This document shows positions 28,396 to 38,971 of a DNA stretch of 49,162 bases, piece after piece; within the stretch, counting starts at the first letter, position 1; each line of letters starts with the position of its first letter. The translations under genes were made by a program, and so were the position numbers. The stretch comes from an uncultured Erysipelotrichaceae bacterium (GTDB lineage: Bacteria > Bacillota_I > Bacilli_A > RF39 > UBA660), in the NCBI GenBank assembly GCA_902783895.1, contig CACZST010000009.1:1-49162 (forward strand), written 5' to 3'. The notes below the pieces were generated by a model. It had not been told where the DNA came from and searched no databases. It saw only the letters and a program-made list of their open reading frames with translations.

Positions 28396-30117
28396 TTAAC
28401 CATTTATCTTTCTATATAATTTTACCTTATTAATTATTTTAATTAACTTTTCAAAATCATAAATATATAATTTTTCAATAGTTGGACTTTCATCATACCT
28501 TCTTAAATTAATTCTTTTCAAATTGTATTTTTTAACTGTATCAAGTGTCCTTTGAATATTAATAATATCTAAATCTGTAATCGAATAAGGTTTCACCTTA
28601 AATGCAGAAACACCAATAACCTCAGTTGGTTTAATTACCTTAGTTGGACGAACCCTGTTTTTCTTCTTAGAAATCTTATTATTTTTCTTACTCTTATAAT
28701 GTAAAATAGTTTTTTCATCCTTTTTAGTCTTATTTAATAAATCCTTATTAACCTCTGGATTAACAGCTGAATAGTCAGATGTAGTATTATCCTTTTTATC
28801 TTTAGCCTTATAAACAGATTTATTTGAATCATAAGTAGGTTTAAAAGATAAAACAGGATTTTCTTTAGACTTATAAATATTATTATCTAAATTATCAGAA
28901 TGTTTTTTATCAGAAATAATATCTTCATTTTTTTCTTCCACCTTAGAAATAAATTTTGATTTATAATTATCATCTCTTTGTTTTTTCTTAAGACCTTCCA
29001 AATTTACTGAAACAACCAAATCATCATCATTCATTTTTTTATCTTCAGTTTTTTCATTATCATAATCAAATTCCTTCTTATCATCAAAATCTGGTATATA
29101 AGTTTTTAAAGTATATTTTGAAATTGAATGATCTTCAGATTTTATTTCTTCTAATGTATCATTTGAAGAAGTTACATCTTCTAATTTTGGTAATTTAAGT
29201 TCTGAAGAAAGCGCTGTTGTAACTTCAGTATCAGCTTTTACATCCTCAGAAATAATTGGTTTAAAATCAGTAATTGACTTAACATCAGCACTAGCTACTT
29301 CTTTATCTTCTTTAACTGAAGTATCAATTGGTTTAAAATCGGTAATTGATTTTACCTCTAAATTAGGTTTAGAAACATCATTTATAGAAGGTTCACTAGC
29401 AGCTTTAACACTTACATTTTCAATCTTATCAATATCAAATTTAAATGGTTTTAATTTTGTCTTCTTTGACTTCTTCGAAGTAGGAACATTTAAATAACCT
29501 ACCTTATTATTATCAATTTTAACCTTTTTAATTCGAGAAAGTATTGATTTACCTTTTTCCTGACCATCAAGCATAGACGTCACTCTATCTATACCATTAA
29601 TAATTAAAAGCGAAACTATTTGAAGAGCAAAACTTCCCATTAAAAGTTGCATCAAAGTAAGTAAATCATTATTTGAATAAAGCGCATTATCCGCATATAT
29701 ATCAATATTATTTGCCTTAACTGTTGTTAGTATTAAAACAAAAAGCATTTGAACAATCGCAAAAAAAGTAATATTAATTATCCTATTAACAAGTTTTACA
29801 TTTTTAAGCAAAAAAGAAACAAGTGCGATTACTGAACATAAAACAACAACTACAAATAAAGTAATAAAATTAGGAAAATAAAGTGTCATAAATAAACCAT
29901 CCATCATATTATCAAATAGTTCAAAAATAACATCATTAAAAGTAAATAATATAAATAATATAACAGCTAAATAAACAAATACAAATATTTTTTTACCATG
30001 CTTCTTCCTTAAAAAAAGAATAATAAGTGGGATTAAAAGTAAAATTAAAAAGAAAGGATGATTAGTTATATTACTAAATAAAACTTGCAGTTTCTCAAAA
30101 AATGATAACTGTTTCAT
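28396..30117 (-). CDS. hypothetical membrane protein, ~5 N-terminal TMs and a long charged low-complexity tail
   Basis: Hydrophobic first ~175 aa, then K/D/S-rich region. Confidence 0.75.
   Translation of the reverse strand: MKQLSFFEKLQVLFSNITNHPFFLILLLIPLIILFLRKKHGKKIFVFVYLAVILFILFTFNDVIFELFDNMMDGLFMTLYFPNFITLFVVVVLCSVIALVSFLLKNVKLVNRIINITFFAIVQMLFVLILTTVKANNIDIYADNALYSNNDLLTLMQLLMGSFALQIVSLLIINGIDRVTSMLDGQEKGKSILSRIKKVKIDNNKVGYLNVPTSKKSKKTKLKPFKFDIDKIENVSVKAASEPSINDVSKPNLEVKSITDFKPIDTSVKEDKEVASADVKSITDFKPIISEDVKADTEVTTALSSELKLPKLEDVTSSNDTLEEIKSEDHSISKYTLKTYIPDFDDKKEFDYDNEKTEDKKMNDDDLVVSVNLEGLKKKQRDDNYKSKFISKVEEKNEDIISDKKHSDNLDNNIYKSKENPVLSFKPTYDSNKSVYKAKDKKDNTTSDYSAVNPEVNKDLLNKTKKDEKTILHYKSKKNNKISKKKNRVRPTKVIKPTEVIGVSAFKVKPYSITDLDIINIQRTLDTVKKYNLKRINLRRYDESPTIEKLYIYDFEKLIKIINKVKLYRKING
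29254..29355 (-). repeat. intragenic direct repeat encoding VKSITDFKPI twice (72-nt period)
   Basis: aattggtttaaaatc[a/g]gtaattga[c/t]tt at 29254 and 29326. Confidence 0.85.
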
Positions 30118-30132
30118 ATAATTCTCACTCCT

Positions 30133-31773
30133 TTACTTTTTTCTAAATTTACTCATAAAATTTTCAACTGTATTTTTCCCTAATATTTCATGAATAGTTT
30201 TTGACTTATAGGCCACATAGAAATAAATTACTATACCTATTATACCATAAACCATTAAGTATAAAATAGAAACAAATCTTGATACAGAATATTTAGGAAT
30301 AAATAAATTAAGAATTGATAATGAAATAACCATTATACTTGTACAAAGAATTGTTTTTATAAACGTTCTTGCCGCCATAAAATAACTTATACCAGTTTCT
30401 TTTTTTATCCTCATCATTAAATAAATTGAAGCTGTAATATCAATTATCATATTAAGTGAAATTGTCGCATAATAAGCATCAATACCAATAAAGTTAAATA
30501 AATACATCATTGGTACATTCAAAACAATCTTAAACACCAAAGAAAGACCTAAAGCCGTAATTGAAGCTTTTGTATTATTCATAGTCTGATTAGCATTAAC
30601 CATAACTGAACAAATTGAAAGTGGTATTTGTGATAAGATAAGCAAACTAAATATTGAACTATTAAGCTCATCATAACCATAAAATACTGTCCATACAGCC
30701 CCTGACATAAATGAAAGACCAACGGATAGTGGAATTACAACAAGGAAAAGTGATTGTAATGCCTGATTAATTTTCCCATTAACCTCTTTTAAATTACGAA
30801 TCGCATAAGCAGAAGCAATTGTTGGTATTAAACTTGTAATAATTCCCGTTGAAATTGACATAACAATCATATTAAGTTTAGAGCCCCAAGTTTCAATCAC
30901 ACTAACTACATTTTCACTAATACTAGTAGTATAACCTAAACCAACTAAACCTTTAACAACCGTAAATACATCAACCAAAACATAAATTGATTGTAGTAAT
31001 GATATGACTACAAATGGTAAAGCATAAAATACTATTTTCTTAATTAGTACCTTATTAGTAATCTTTGTTTCTGCAGGAGTAATCTTCGCATCTCTATGAA
31101 GACCCTTACTATTTTTAATCTTAATAAACACATAAAAATACGCAAATAAAGCACCAACTGTCGCCCCAAATACCGCTACACCAACTGCCGTATTTAAAGA
31201 CAAATGGAAAACCTTTAAAGTTAAAAAACTTCCAACTAAAATTACTAATACTCTAAATACCTGCTCTAAAATATCAGCCACAGAAGAGACAGTCATTATT
31301 TTATGACCCTGTAAATAACCCTTAGACACACTTAAAAAAGGAACAACTAATATTGCTGTTGATATGATTCTAATAACCATAGTAACATCACCAACAGTAT
31401 TACCACCCTTTACTCCACCAATAATCATATATGCAATTTGTGGAGCAAATATAAATAAAACAAAAAATGAAATTAAACATAAAATAGATATTATTCTAAG
31501 ACCAACCTTAAAAGTTCTCTCTTTAGTATTATAATACTTCATCTCATTATATTCACTAATTACTTTACTCATTGCAACCGGAATACCAGAAGTAGCTAAA
31601 TTTAAAAACACATTATAAATAGAATAAGCATAACTATAAAGTGCTCCACCTTGCGTTCCAATAATTGCATAAAATGGAATAACATAAACAAGCCCTATCA
31701 CCTTACAAATAACAATTCCTATCGTTGAAATAGCCGCACCAGCTAAAAAGCCTGTCTTTTTCATACCTCTCAC
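30133..31773 (-). CDS. MOP-family flippase (MurJ/YtgP-like polysaccharide biosynthesis protein)
   Basis: K.IGLVYVIPF, Y.YAY..Y..FL..ATSGIP.A.SK, KGYLQG, EQ.FRV; many TMs. Confidence 0.88.
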   Translation of the reverse strand: MRGMKKTGFLAGAAISTIGIVICKVIGLVYVIPFYAIIGTQGGALYSYAYSIYNVFLNLATSGIPVAMSKVISEYNEMKYYNTKERTFKVGLRIISILCLISFFVLFIFAPQIAYMIIGGVKGGNTVGDVTMVIRIISTAILVVPFLSVSKGYLQGHKIMTVSSVADILEQVFRVLVILVGSFLTLKVFHLSLNTAVGVAVFGATVGALFAYFYVFIKIKNSKGLHRDAKITPAETKITNKVLIKKIVFYALPFVVISLLQSIYVLVDVFTVVKGLVGLGYTTSISENVVSVIETWGSKLNMIVMSISTGIITSLIPTIASAYAIRNLKEVNGKINQALQSLFLVVIPLSVGLSFMSGAVWTVFYGYDELNSSIFSLLILSQIPLSICSVMVNANQTMNNTKASITALGLSLVFKIVLNVPMMYLFNFIGIDAYYATISLNMIIDITASIYLMMRIKKETGISYFMAARTFIKTILCTSIMVISLSILNLFIPKYSVSRFVSILYLMVYGIIGIVIYFYVAYKSKTIHEILGKNTVENFMSKFRKK

Positions 31774-31944
31774 CTACCGATAAACCATAAGCGCTGAAAA
31801 ACAATAAACTTGTTCTTCTGAAAATACTGATATAGCTGTTGAAAATTTAATATCAATAATTTCTGGTTCATTTTCTAAAATAAATTTGTTAATTACATCT
31901 TCTAAATCTTTTTCGTGACTTTCATCAAAAACTTTTACTTTCAT
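31774..31944 (-). CDS. cse60: sporulation protein Cse60 family (not in the ORF track)
   Basis: MKVKVFDESHEKDLEDVINKFILENEPEIIDIKFSTAISVFSEEQVYCFSALMVYR*, with AAAGGTGG RBS. Confidence 0.85.
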   Translation of the reverse strand: MKVKVFDESHEKDLEDVINKFILENEPEIIDIKFSTAISVFSEEQVYCFSALMVYR

Positions 31945-32017
31945 TATACCACCTTTTATAATTATAACAAAAGTAAAACACCTAATATGTCAAAAAAAAG
32001 AATTTTCAAAATTCTTT

Positions 32018-33235
32018 TTAACGACCTGAGAAATAATTCCATTCACCTGGTGAAGGTACAATTATTTTAGGATTAATTCTTCCACTATTTGTAGTTGTAT
32101 AACCTCTAAATAAATTTAAATGTACATGACCACCAGATGCACAAGGATCTTTATAACCCCTGCCGCCCATTTTACCAATTTGCGTATTTGCTGTAACATC
32201 CTGTCCAACTGATACATTAACACTAACTAAATGCCAATATGAAGTTGTATACTGAACGCCACCAATATTATGTAAAATATAAACCCTATTATTACCACAA
32301 GTACCTGCATTACCATAATCAATATTTATTACCCTTCCATCTGCAACTGAATAAACAGGGTCAACACTACCACTAGACCAATCCATTCCTGTATGGAACT
32401 CTCCAGTCCTTTGACCATAATCACTAGTCATATAACCTCTAGCAATCGGATAGTAAACACCATTAGAACTTGGTCTTACAGGCGCTCCAGAACCACTGTT
32501 ATTAGGTCTACCTGGTGAAGTTGGTTTTACTTGACTTGCAATACGATTTTTACAAGCTGTCAAAGTATCACTACCACGACATCCTAATTTTTTCATGTTA
32601 TTAATTGTATTCATTTCAGTTCTATATTCTTCATCTTTTGTAAGCATACCTTCTTGTATAGTTTCAATTTGTTTATTAAGTTTAGCCTCTAATAAAGAAA
32701 GCTCACTTTGTTTATTATGAAGTAAATTTTGCTGATCATTTAATTCCTTTTGCTTATCATCAAGCTTCTTAACATCATCTTCATATTCCTTTACAAGTTG
32801 TTCATTATAATCTCCAAGTTGTTCAGCAACAGAAACTCTATAAATAAAATCAGTAAAATCTTTAGCACCAAAAACATATTCTAAATAATTATTACTACCT
32901 TCAGAAACCTGAACAAAACTCATAATTTCCTTCATTTGTTTATTTTTCTTATCAATATCTTTTTTAATACCATCTATTTGATTACCAATATCTTTAACTT
33001 GCTTTTCAATATTAGAAATCTCATTTTCTACTTGCTTCTTTTGAGCAGTTGCCTCATTTCGCTCATTTTCGGTTAATTGTTTTTCATTTTTTGCTTTTTC
33101 ATAAGCTTCCCTATTAGCCTTCACCTGGGCATAAAGTTCATCCAAAGTTTGTTCTTTTGCATAACCAGTATGTAAAAACATACTAGAAATTAAAACTAAA
33201 GTAATAAATAATACAAATTTTTTCAACATAACCAC
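32018..33235 (-). CDS. secreted coiled-coil + M23 peptidase (CwlO/EnvC-like peptidoglycan hydrolase)
   Basis: Signal peptide, coiled coil, YLEYVFGAKDFTDFI.RV, HTGMD, YWHL, HVH. Confidence 0.9.
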   Translation of the reverse strand: MVMLKKFVLFITLVLISSMFLHTGYAKEQTLDELYAQVKANREAYEKAKNEKQLTENERNEATAQKKQVENEISNIEKQVKDIGNQIDGIKKDIDKKNKQMKEIMSFVQVSEGSNNYLEYVFGAKDFTDFIYRVSVAEQLGDYNEQLVKEYEDDVKKLDDKQKELNDQQNLLHNKQSELSLLEAKLNKQIETIQEGMLTKDEEYRTEMNTINNMKKLGCRGSDTLTACKNRIASQVKPTSPGRPNNSGSGAPVRPSSNGVYYPIARGYMTSDYGQRTGEFHTGMDWSSGSVDPVYSVADGRVINIDYGNAGTCGNNRVYILHNIGGVQYTTSYWHLVSVNVSVGQDVTANTQIGKMGGRGYKDPCASGGHVHLNLFRGYTTTNSGRINPKIIVPSPGEWNYFSGR

Positions 33236-33238
33236 CTC

Positions 33239-33877
33239 TTAATTCTTTAAAGCTTTAACTGCATCTTTATAATTAGGCATATAATATTTCACTGTTTCCC
33301 AAAACTCTTTTGAATGATCAAAATGCACCAAATGGGAAAGTTCATGAATAATTACATAATCTATTTCACGTAAACTATATTCAATAAGTTTACTATTTAA
33401 AGTTACAGAAGTATCACGCTTATTACAAACACCCCATCTAGTTTTCATTTTCCTTATTTTAAGTTTAGGAAAAGGAATATCTTCATTAAATAAATCATAA
33501 TTATAATGAAGCCTTTCTTCAAATACTTCAAGCATTTGTTTTTTAAGCCATTTATCTAATTGCTTCTTATCTTTAGAATATATTTTAAAACCATCGACCT
33601 CTACCTTATCAAAGTCTACAAATATTATATCATATTTCTCTCCTAAATAATAGAAGTCTTCATTCTTCAAAGCTCTTACCTTTACTTTTTCAATCACATT
33701 TCTTAAATAATCTGTTTCATCATTTAAAATTCTTTTTATATATCCTTTAGTAGCTAAATAATTTGTCGTTATTAATATTGTTAAATCATCTTGAACTTTT
33801 ATATAAGTATTTTTATTATTTTTTTTCAAAACCTTAACAAGATAAGGTTGACCATCTATTTTATATTCAAATTCCAT
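33239..33877 (-). CDS. YgjP/DUF45 family metallopeptidase-like protein
   Basis: MKTRWGVC, IDYVIIHELSHL.H.DHS..FW. Confidence 0.9.
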   Translation of the reverse strand: MEFEYKIDGQPYLVKVLKKNNKNTYIKVQDDLTILITTNYLATKGYIKRILNDETDYLRNVIEKVKVRALKNEDFYYLGEKYDIIFVDFDKVEVDGFKIYSKDKKQLDKWLKKQMLEVFEERLHYNYDLFNEDIPFPKLKIRKMKTRWGVCNKRDTSVTLNSKLIEYSLREIDYVIIHELSHLVHFDHSKEFWETVKYYMPNYKDAVKALKN

Positions 33878-33917
33878 ACTACCACCTACAACATTTTACC
33901 ATAAAAAAAGAAAATTA

Positions 33918-34313
33918 CTAAGCATTTTCTTTAAGCTCTGATGTACAGTAAGGACATCTTGTAGCTTTTATATCAATTTCCTTTTGACAATAAGGACATT
34001 TCTTCTCTGAAGGTGCTTCCTCTTTTTTCCCAATACTAGTAATTTTATTAATAACCTTAAGTAAACAAAATAAAACAAATGCCATTATTAAGAAATTAAT
34101 AAGTGCAGATATAAATGATGAAATAAATCCAGCTATATCTGGCCAATTATAACGTGCCCCACCAGTTATAAAATTTAAAATTGGGTTAATAAAATTATTA
34201 GTTAAAGAATTTACAATTCCAGTAAATGCAGTACCAATAATAACACCAACAGCCATATCCATCATATTACCTTTTAAAGCAAATGTTTTAAACTCATCTA
34301 AAAACTTTTTCAT
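33918..34313 (-). CDS. mscL: large-conductance mechanosensitive channel with C-terminal Zn ribbon
   Basis: EFK.FALKGNMMDMAVGVIIG.AF; CPYC...CPYCTS; start MKKFL after GAGG. Confidence 0.92.
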   Translation of the reverse strand: MKKFLDEFKTFALKGNMMDMAVGVIIGTAFTGIVNSLTNNFINPILNFITGGARYNWPDIAGFISSFISALINFLIMAFVLFCLLKVINKITSIGKKEEAPSEKKCPYCQKEIDIKATRCPYCTSELKENA

Positions 34314-34384
34314 AAACCTACCTCTTTTCAAAATATTAAAAAATATCTTCAATTTCGAAGATATTTTTATTCACTAAGTGGAAA

Positions 34385-35998
34385 TTATAGTAATGTTAGT
34401 ATTCCACAAACAAGCAATACTAATAAGAATGAGATTAATGCAAATTTCCAAATATATTTAATCCAATCTTTATAAGAAACATCAAATAAACTTAGACCAG
34501 CAATTAGCATTGCACTTGTAGGGAATATCATCATACCAATACCATAAACTGCTTGAACTAATAATCCAGCAACTGGAAGTGAAGTAACATCAAATCCAGA
34601 AAGATATCCTGTCATATCAGTAAGTAAATAATATAAATCGTTAAAGAAGAAACTTCCGATTAAACCAGCAATACCAGTTAAAATTACATTAAATCCGTCT
34701 GATAGACCAAATAATCCAGAATTGATTGTATCAACAATAGTACCACTTCCACTTGATAAAGCAGAATATAAGATTGTTAAAACTATACTTGCAAGTGTTA
34801 CATAGATAGCTGTTGGAATCCATGCCTTAACACCAGCAATAAAACTTTCAACGAAATCATTTAAACTTAATTTATAAAGCCATGCGATAATTCCAGCTCC
34901 AACAAATACTAAAGCAATAAAGTCAACATTACTCCAGTATCCAAATTGACTAGAACCAGCAAATAAATTTTTAAAGATTTCAAAATCACCGATTTTAATC
35001 TTCATGACACTGTCATAGAAATTATTAAATACATCGATACCGAATGCATAATACCAGTTATACATTCCTAAAATCGCAAATATTAACACAAGTGCTAAAA
35101 TAACAACAAGTGGTACAATACTTACCTTTTTATCAGAAACCTTTTTAACATCATGAGCAATAGCTAAACCTTTAGTATTTGATTTACTACTTGGTTTTCT
35201 ACCTCTAGTTGATGTCTTTTTAGTTGTTGTTTTCTTAGTAGTTGTTTTTGCAGTAGCTTTTGTAGTAGTTTTTTTAGCAGTAGTTTTTTTACTATCTGCT
35301 GTTTTCTTAGTTTCTGAAACTTTAGTAGCTTTAGGAACTTTTACTTCTACTATATCTTCTTCTACAACTAATTTAGCAGCTGTTTTTCTTTCTTTTCTCT
35401 TACTTGTAAATAAAACAATTAAAATTAAAGCAACTGTTAATATAACAAGTAAAATTATTTTAGCAAGAATCTCACTGTTCATATCTAAACCTAAAATGTT
35501 TTTAGTATAACCAGAAATGTAGAATCCATATGTTGATCCAACAGAACCAACTAACAATGCACCTACTGTTGATGCTAAAACAGTAACCTTATCATAACCA
35601 AATTTAAATAGTACAGCTGCGAATAATGGTACTAAAATAAATAATGGAATAATTAAACCAGTAAGTGATGATAAAACTGTAAATAATATAACAGTTAAAA
35701 TTAAGAATCCTTTTTCTTTTCCACTAAAACTTTTAGCCATCTTATCAGTTAATCTTGATAAAGCACCAGTTTTTTCCATAACACCGTATAGACCACCAAT
35801 AACTGCAAATGCTACACCATATAATGCAAATGATAAAATCGCATTAATTGGAGATGTAAATAAACTAACAAGTCCAATTGGTGCAATACCATTTGTAGTT
35901 AAAGTATTTCCAGTATAAGTTCCAACTGGAATAATCCAACTAAGTACTACGTAAATTAAAAATGATATTCCCAATACCTTAAGTAAATTTCTTTTCAC
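34385..35998 (-). CDS. YfcC/DcuC-like membrane transporter with a Lys/Thr-rich loop
   Basis: VLSWIIP.G.Y, IGGLYGVM.KTGA, GYD, PTS..LI.GL....VSY..W.KYIWK. Confidence 0.75.
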   Translation of the reverse strand: MKRNLLKVLGISFLIYVVLSWIIPVGTYTGNTLTTNGIAPIGLVSLFTSPINAILSFALYGVAFAVIGGLYGVMEKTGALSRLTDKMAKSFSGKEKGFLILTVILFTVLSSLTGLIIPLFILVPLFAAVLFKFGYDKVTVLASTVGALLVGSVGSTYGFYISGYTKNILGLDMNSEILAKIILLVILTVALILIVLFTSKRKERKTAAKLVVEEDIVEVKVPKATKVSETKKTADSKKTTAKKTTTKATAKTTTKKTTTKKTSTRGRKPSSKSNTKGLAIAHDVKKVSDKKVSIVPLVVILALVLIFAILGMYNWYYAFGIDVFNNFYDSVMKIKIGDFEIFKNLFAGSSQFGYWSNVDFIALVFVGAGIIAWLYKLSLNDFVESFIAGVKAWIPTAIYVTLASIVLTILYSALSSGSGTIVDTINSGLFGLSDGFNVILTGIAGLIGSFFFNDLYYLLTDMTGYLSGFDVTSLPVAGLLVQAVYGIGMMIFPTSAMLIAGLSLFDVSYKDWIKYIWKFALISFLLVLLVCGILTLL

Positions 35999-36131
35999 TT
36001 TCTCATACCTCCCAAGGTCATTATATCAAAAATGCCTTATAATATAAAGCATTTTTAATAAAAATAAACCATTTTTCATTATTTTTTCACATTTCTTATT
36101 TTTTCTGTTATAATATATCCGGTGATTTTTT

Positions 36132-37070
36132 ATGATATTTCCCTACACAAATTCAAACAAAAGATATCATACTTTAGATTATTTTTTCAAAAATAAATTT
36201 AAATCAAAAGTATGTAAAATAAGCCTAAATGGTGGATTTACATGTCCTAATATTGATGGAACAAAATCAACAGCTGGATGCATATATTGCTCAAAATCTG
36301 GTTCTGGTGAATATGGTGGCGATCCAAAACAAGACCTAATAAACCAGTTTAACACAATAAAAAAAGTAATGGATAGAAAGTGGCCAAACAGTAAATATAT
36401 TGGTTACTTTCAAGCACGAACAAACACCTATGCTCCAGTTGAAGTATTAAAAGAAAAATATGAAACAATTTTAAAATTAGATAATGTCGTTGGTCTAGCA
36501 ATTGCCACAAGACCCGACTGTATAACTGATGAATGTTTAGATTATTTAAAAGAGTTAAACGAAAGAACCTTTTTAACCGTTGAATTAGGCCTTCAATCAA
36601 TCCATGAAAAAACATCTAATTTAATTAATAGATGTCATGATTTAAAATGCTTTGATGATATGGTTAAAAAATTAAAGGAAAGAAATATTTTTACTGTTGT
36701 TCATATCATTAATGGACTTCCATATGAAACAAAAGAAATGATGATTGAAACTGTTAAACATGTAAATAGTTTAAATGTTGATGGTATAAAAATACATATG
36801 CTTTCTGTCTTAAAAGATACTCCACTAGAAAAACTATATAAAATTAAACCTTTTCATTTACTTACCAAAGAAGAATATATCGATATTGTCTGCAGTCAAT
36901 TAGAATATTTAAATCCCAAAATTGTTATTCAAAGACTTACTGGCGACCCAATGGAGGAAGATTTAATCGGACCACTTTGGCTTCCTAAAAAAATTAACGT
37001 TTTAAATGACATAGATAAAGAAATGGTTAAAAGAAATATTTATCAAGGTGACAAAATAAGTACGAATTAA
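36132..37070 (+). CDS. TIGR01212 family radical SAM protein (YhcC/YtqA-like)
   Basis: GFTCPNIDG....GCIYC, YFQA.TNTYA, TRPDC, ELGLQS, RLTGD. Confidence 0.93.
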   Translation: MIFPYTNSNKRYHTLDYFFKNKFKSKVCKISLNGGFTCPNIDGTKSTAGCIYCSKSGSGEYGGDPKQDLINQFNTIKKVMDRKWPNSKYIGYFQARTNTYAPVEVLKEKYETILKLDNVVGLAIATRPDCITDECLDYLKELNERTFLTVELGLQSIHEKTSNLINRCHDLKCFDDMVKKLKERNIFTVVHIINGLPYETKEMMIETVKHVNSLNVDGIKIHMLSVLKDTPLEKLYKIKPFHLLTKEEYIDIVCSQLEYLNPKIVIQRLTGDPMEEDLIGPLWLPKKINVLNDIDKEMVKRNIYQGDKISTN

Positions 37071-37084
37071 ATTCGTACTTATTT
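37056..37084. terminator. bidirectional terminator
   Basis: AATAAGTACGAATT-a-AATTCGTACTTATT between convergent genes. Confidence 0.75.
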
Positions 37085-38860
37085 TCTATCTATAAACCAA
37101 TTTTCTGAAATATCACAGCTATCACTTGAAGGTGCTGGCGAAGGCTTATCCATTCTTATCAAAACTGGAACCTTAAAAGCTGTTCCAAAAGCCATACAAT
37201 TACCTGGAAGTAAAACCCTAAGCCTTTTTACAATTTCATTAGTAATATTTGGAACCATGTCCCTAATATATTGAATATCCCTTGGGTGAAGCATTTTATA
37301 TATCAAAAAATTATTACACTGTGAAATAGAAGTTTCAGATAAATCAGAAGGTCTTTGAGAAATAAGGCCAAGTAAAACACCATATTTCCTTCCCTCTTTT
37401 GTTATACGATCAAAAATATTATAACCAAGTAAATTAACATCATTATCATTTTGAACATACCTGTGAGCTTCCTCTAAAATTATATGGAAGGGAAGTGATG
37501 CTCTTCTATCTAAGTTCTTCGCATATTCAAACAATAATCTAGAATAAATTTTTGTAATTGTTTTCGCAAATCTATCATCAACATAATTAATATTAAAATT
37601 AATTATCTGAGCCTTTCTACCATTAGGTGCTGTAAGCAAATCTTTAATATAATCATCCTTAGATACATATTCATCACATTCAAAATATTTTGCATAATCC
37701 CCATTTAAAAGTGAATGAAGTCTAACCCTTAATATATTATTATCATCATAAATTTTTTCACTAGTTAAAGACCCCTCACTTATAAGCGCAAAATCTAAAG
37801 CTATTTTTAAATCCTCAAGGCCATATTTAAATGAACCATCAGGCATCAAAAGTTCAACATTATCATCCTTAAACGTCTGCATAAAATTAGTAAGCAATTC
37901 CATTTCTCTTATTTTACCCGATGCATCAATTAATAAACATTGTTTAAGTGGTCTAGAATAACCTGGCTGATAAATAACAGTATCTAAATTTAAATCCTTA
38001 GTATGATAAGTTGATAAAATAGAGAAAATCTGATCCCTTATCTGTGAAGAATTATTTCCAGAAGATAAAATCTCTAATATTGCTCTTGCAATAATATCAT
38101 TTTTTTGTTTAATAACCTCATCATCTTCTCTGCAAAAAAGACCAACCAACTTCAAAGCTTTTTCAATTATTGGAATTTGATTAGCTGATGTCGCATTAAG
38201 TAAAAGTGCAATATCATCAACCGATAAAAGCCATAAAGGTATTTTTAATATTTCCGTATCCGAAAATTTTGTATTAGTTGTATATGCCTTAAAACTAATC
38301 TCAGGAACCTTTTTATTAATTGATTCAAATGCCTTATGATATTCACCATAAGCATCAAAAATAAATATTGATGCTCTATATGCAACCGTATTTTGTTTTT
38401 CAAAAATACTTTGAATAAGTTTAGCAACTCCCCATGATTTACCAGAACCAGTTGAACCAAATATCGCAAAATGATTAGCAAAAAAAGAATTAATATCAAA
38501 TCCAATTTTAACACCTGGATAAATAGGACTATCCCCAATAAATAAATTCTTTTTCTCCTCATAATTATCAACACTTATAATCATAGGTATTTTTTCTTTA
38601 GATATAATTTTTACTGTTGCAGCAAAAGAAGGCTTTCTCATAACCCCAAATACAAATTTATTATCAATAATTTGACCAATTAAATTCACATAAGCAATCC
38701 CATTTTTTATATCTATAATCTCACCAACAAAAATCTCATCAGCATCTTCCATTACCACATGTAAATTTACCAAATTTTGAAATTTATTAAGTTCAATATT
38801 TAATTTAACTAGTATAGTATCTTCTTCAATTCCAACTATTGCCCCTAGCATATTCATCAC
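37079..38860 (-). CDS. HerA/FtsK-family ATPase (DUF87)
   Basis: HFAIFGSTGSGKS, FDAYGEY, LEEAHRY, KEGRKYG, SQRPS. Confidence 0.9.
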   Translation of the reverse strand: MMNMLGAIVGIEEDTILVKLNIELNKFQNLVNLHVVMEDADEIFVGEIIDIKNGIAYVNLIGQIIDNKFVFGVMRKPSFAATVKIISKEKIPMIISVDNYEEKKNLFIGDSPIYPGVKIGFDINSFFANHFAIFGSTGSGKSWGVAKLIQSIFEKQNTVAYRASIFIFDAYGEYHKAFESINKKVPEISFKAYTTNTKFSDTEILKIPLWLLSVDDIALLLNATSANQIPIIEKALKLVGLFCREDDEVIKQKNDIIARAILEILSSGNNSSQIRDQIFSILSTYHTKDLNLDTVIYQPGYSRPLKQCLLIDASGKIREMELLTNFMQTFKDDNVELLMPDGSFKYGLEDLKIALDFALISEGSLTSEKIYDDNNILRVRLHSLLNGDYAKYFECDEYVSKDDYIKDLLTAPNGRKAQIINFNINYVDDRFAKTITKIYSRLLFEYAKNLDRRASLPFHIILEEAHRYVQNDNDVNLLGYNIFDRITKEGRKYGVLLGLISQRPSDLSETSISQCNNFLIYKMLHPRDIQYIRDMVPNITNEIVKRLRVLLPGNCMAFGTAFKVPVLIRMDKPSPAPSSDSCDISENWFIDRK

Positions 38861-38971
38861 CTATTATAATAATATCACAAATAAAATAATAAACAAAGTT
38901 TAAAATAAAAAGATTATTAAAACCTAATAAGATTAAATAATCTTTTTTAAATATATTATCTAAGATTTATA

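Noticed and set aside
33918-34005. Zinc ribbon on MscL as a novelty
   Set aside because: CPxC...CPxCTS tails on MscL are common in Firmicutes.
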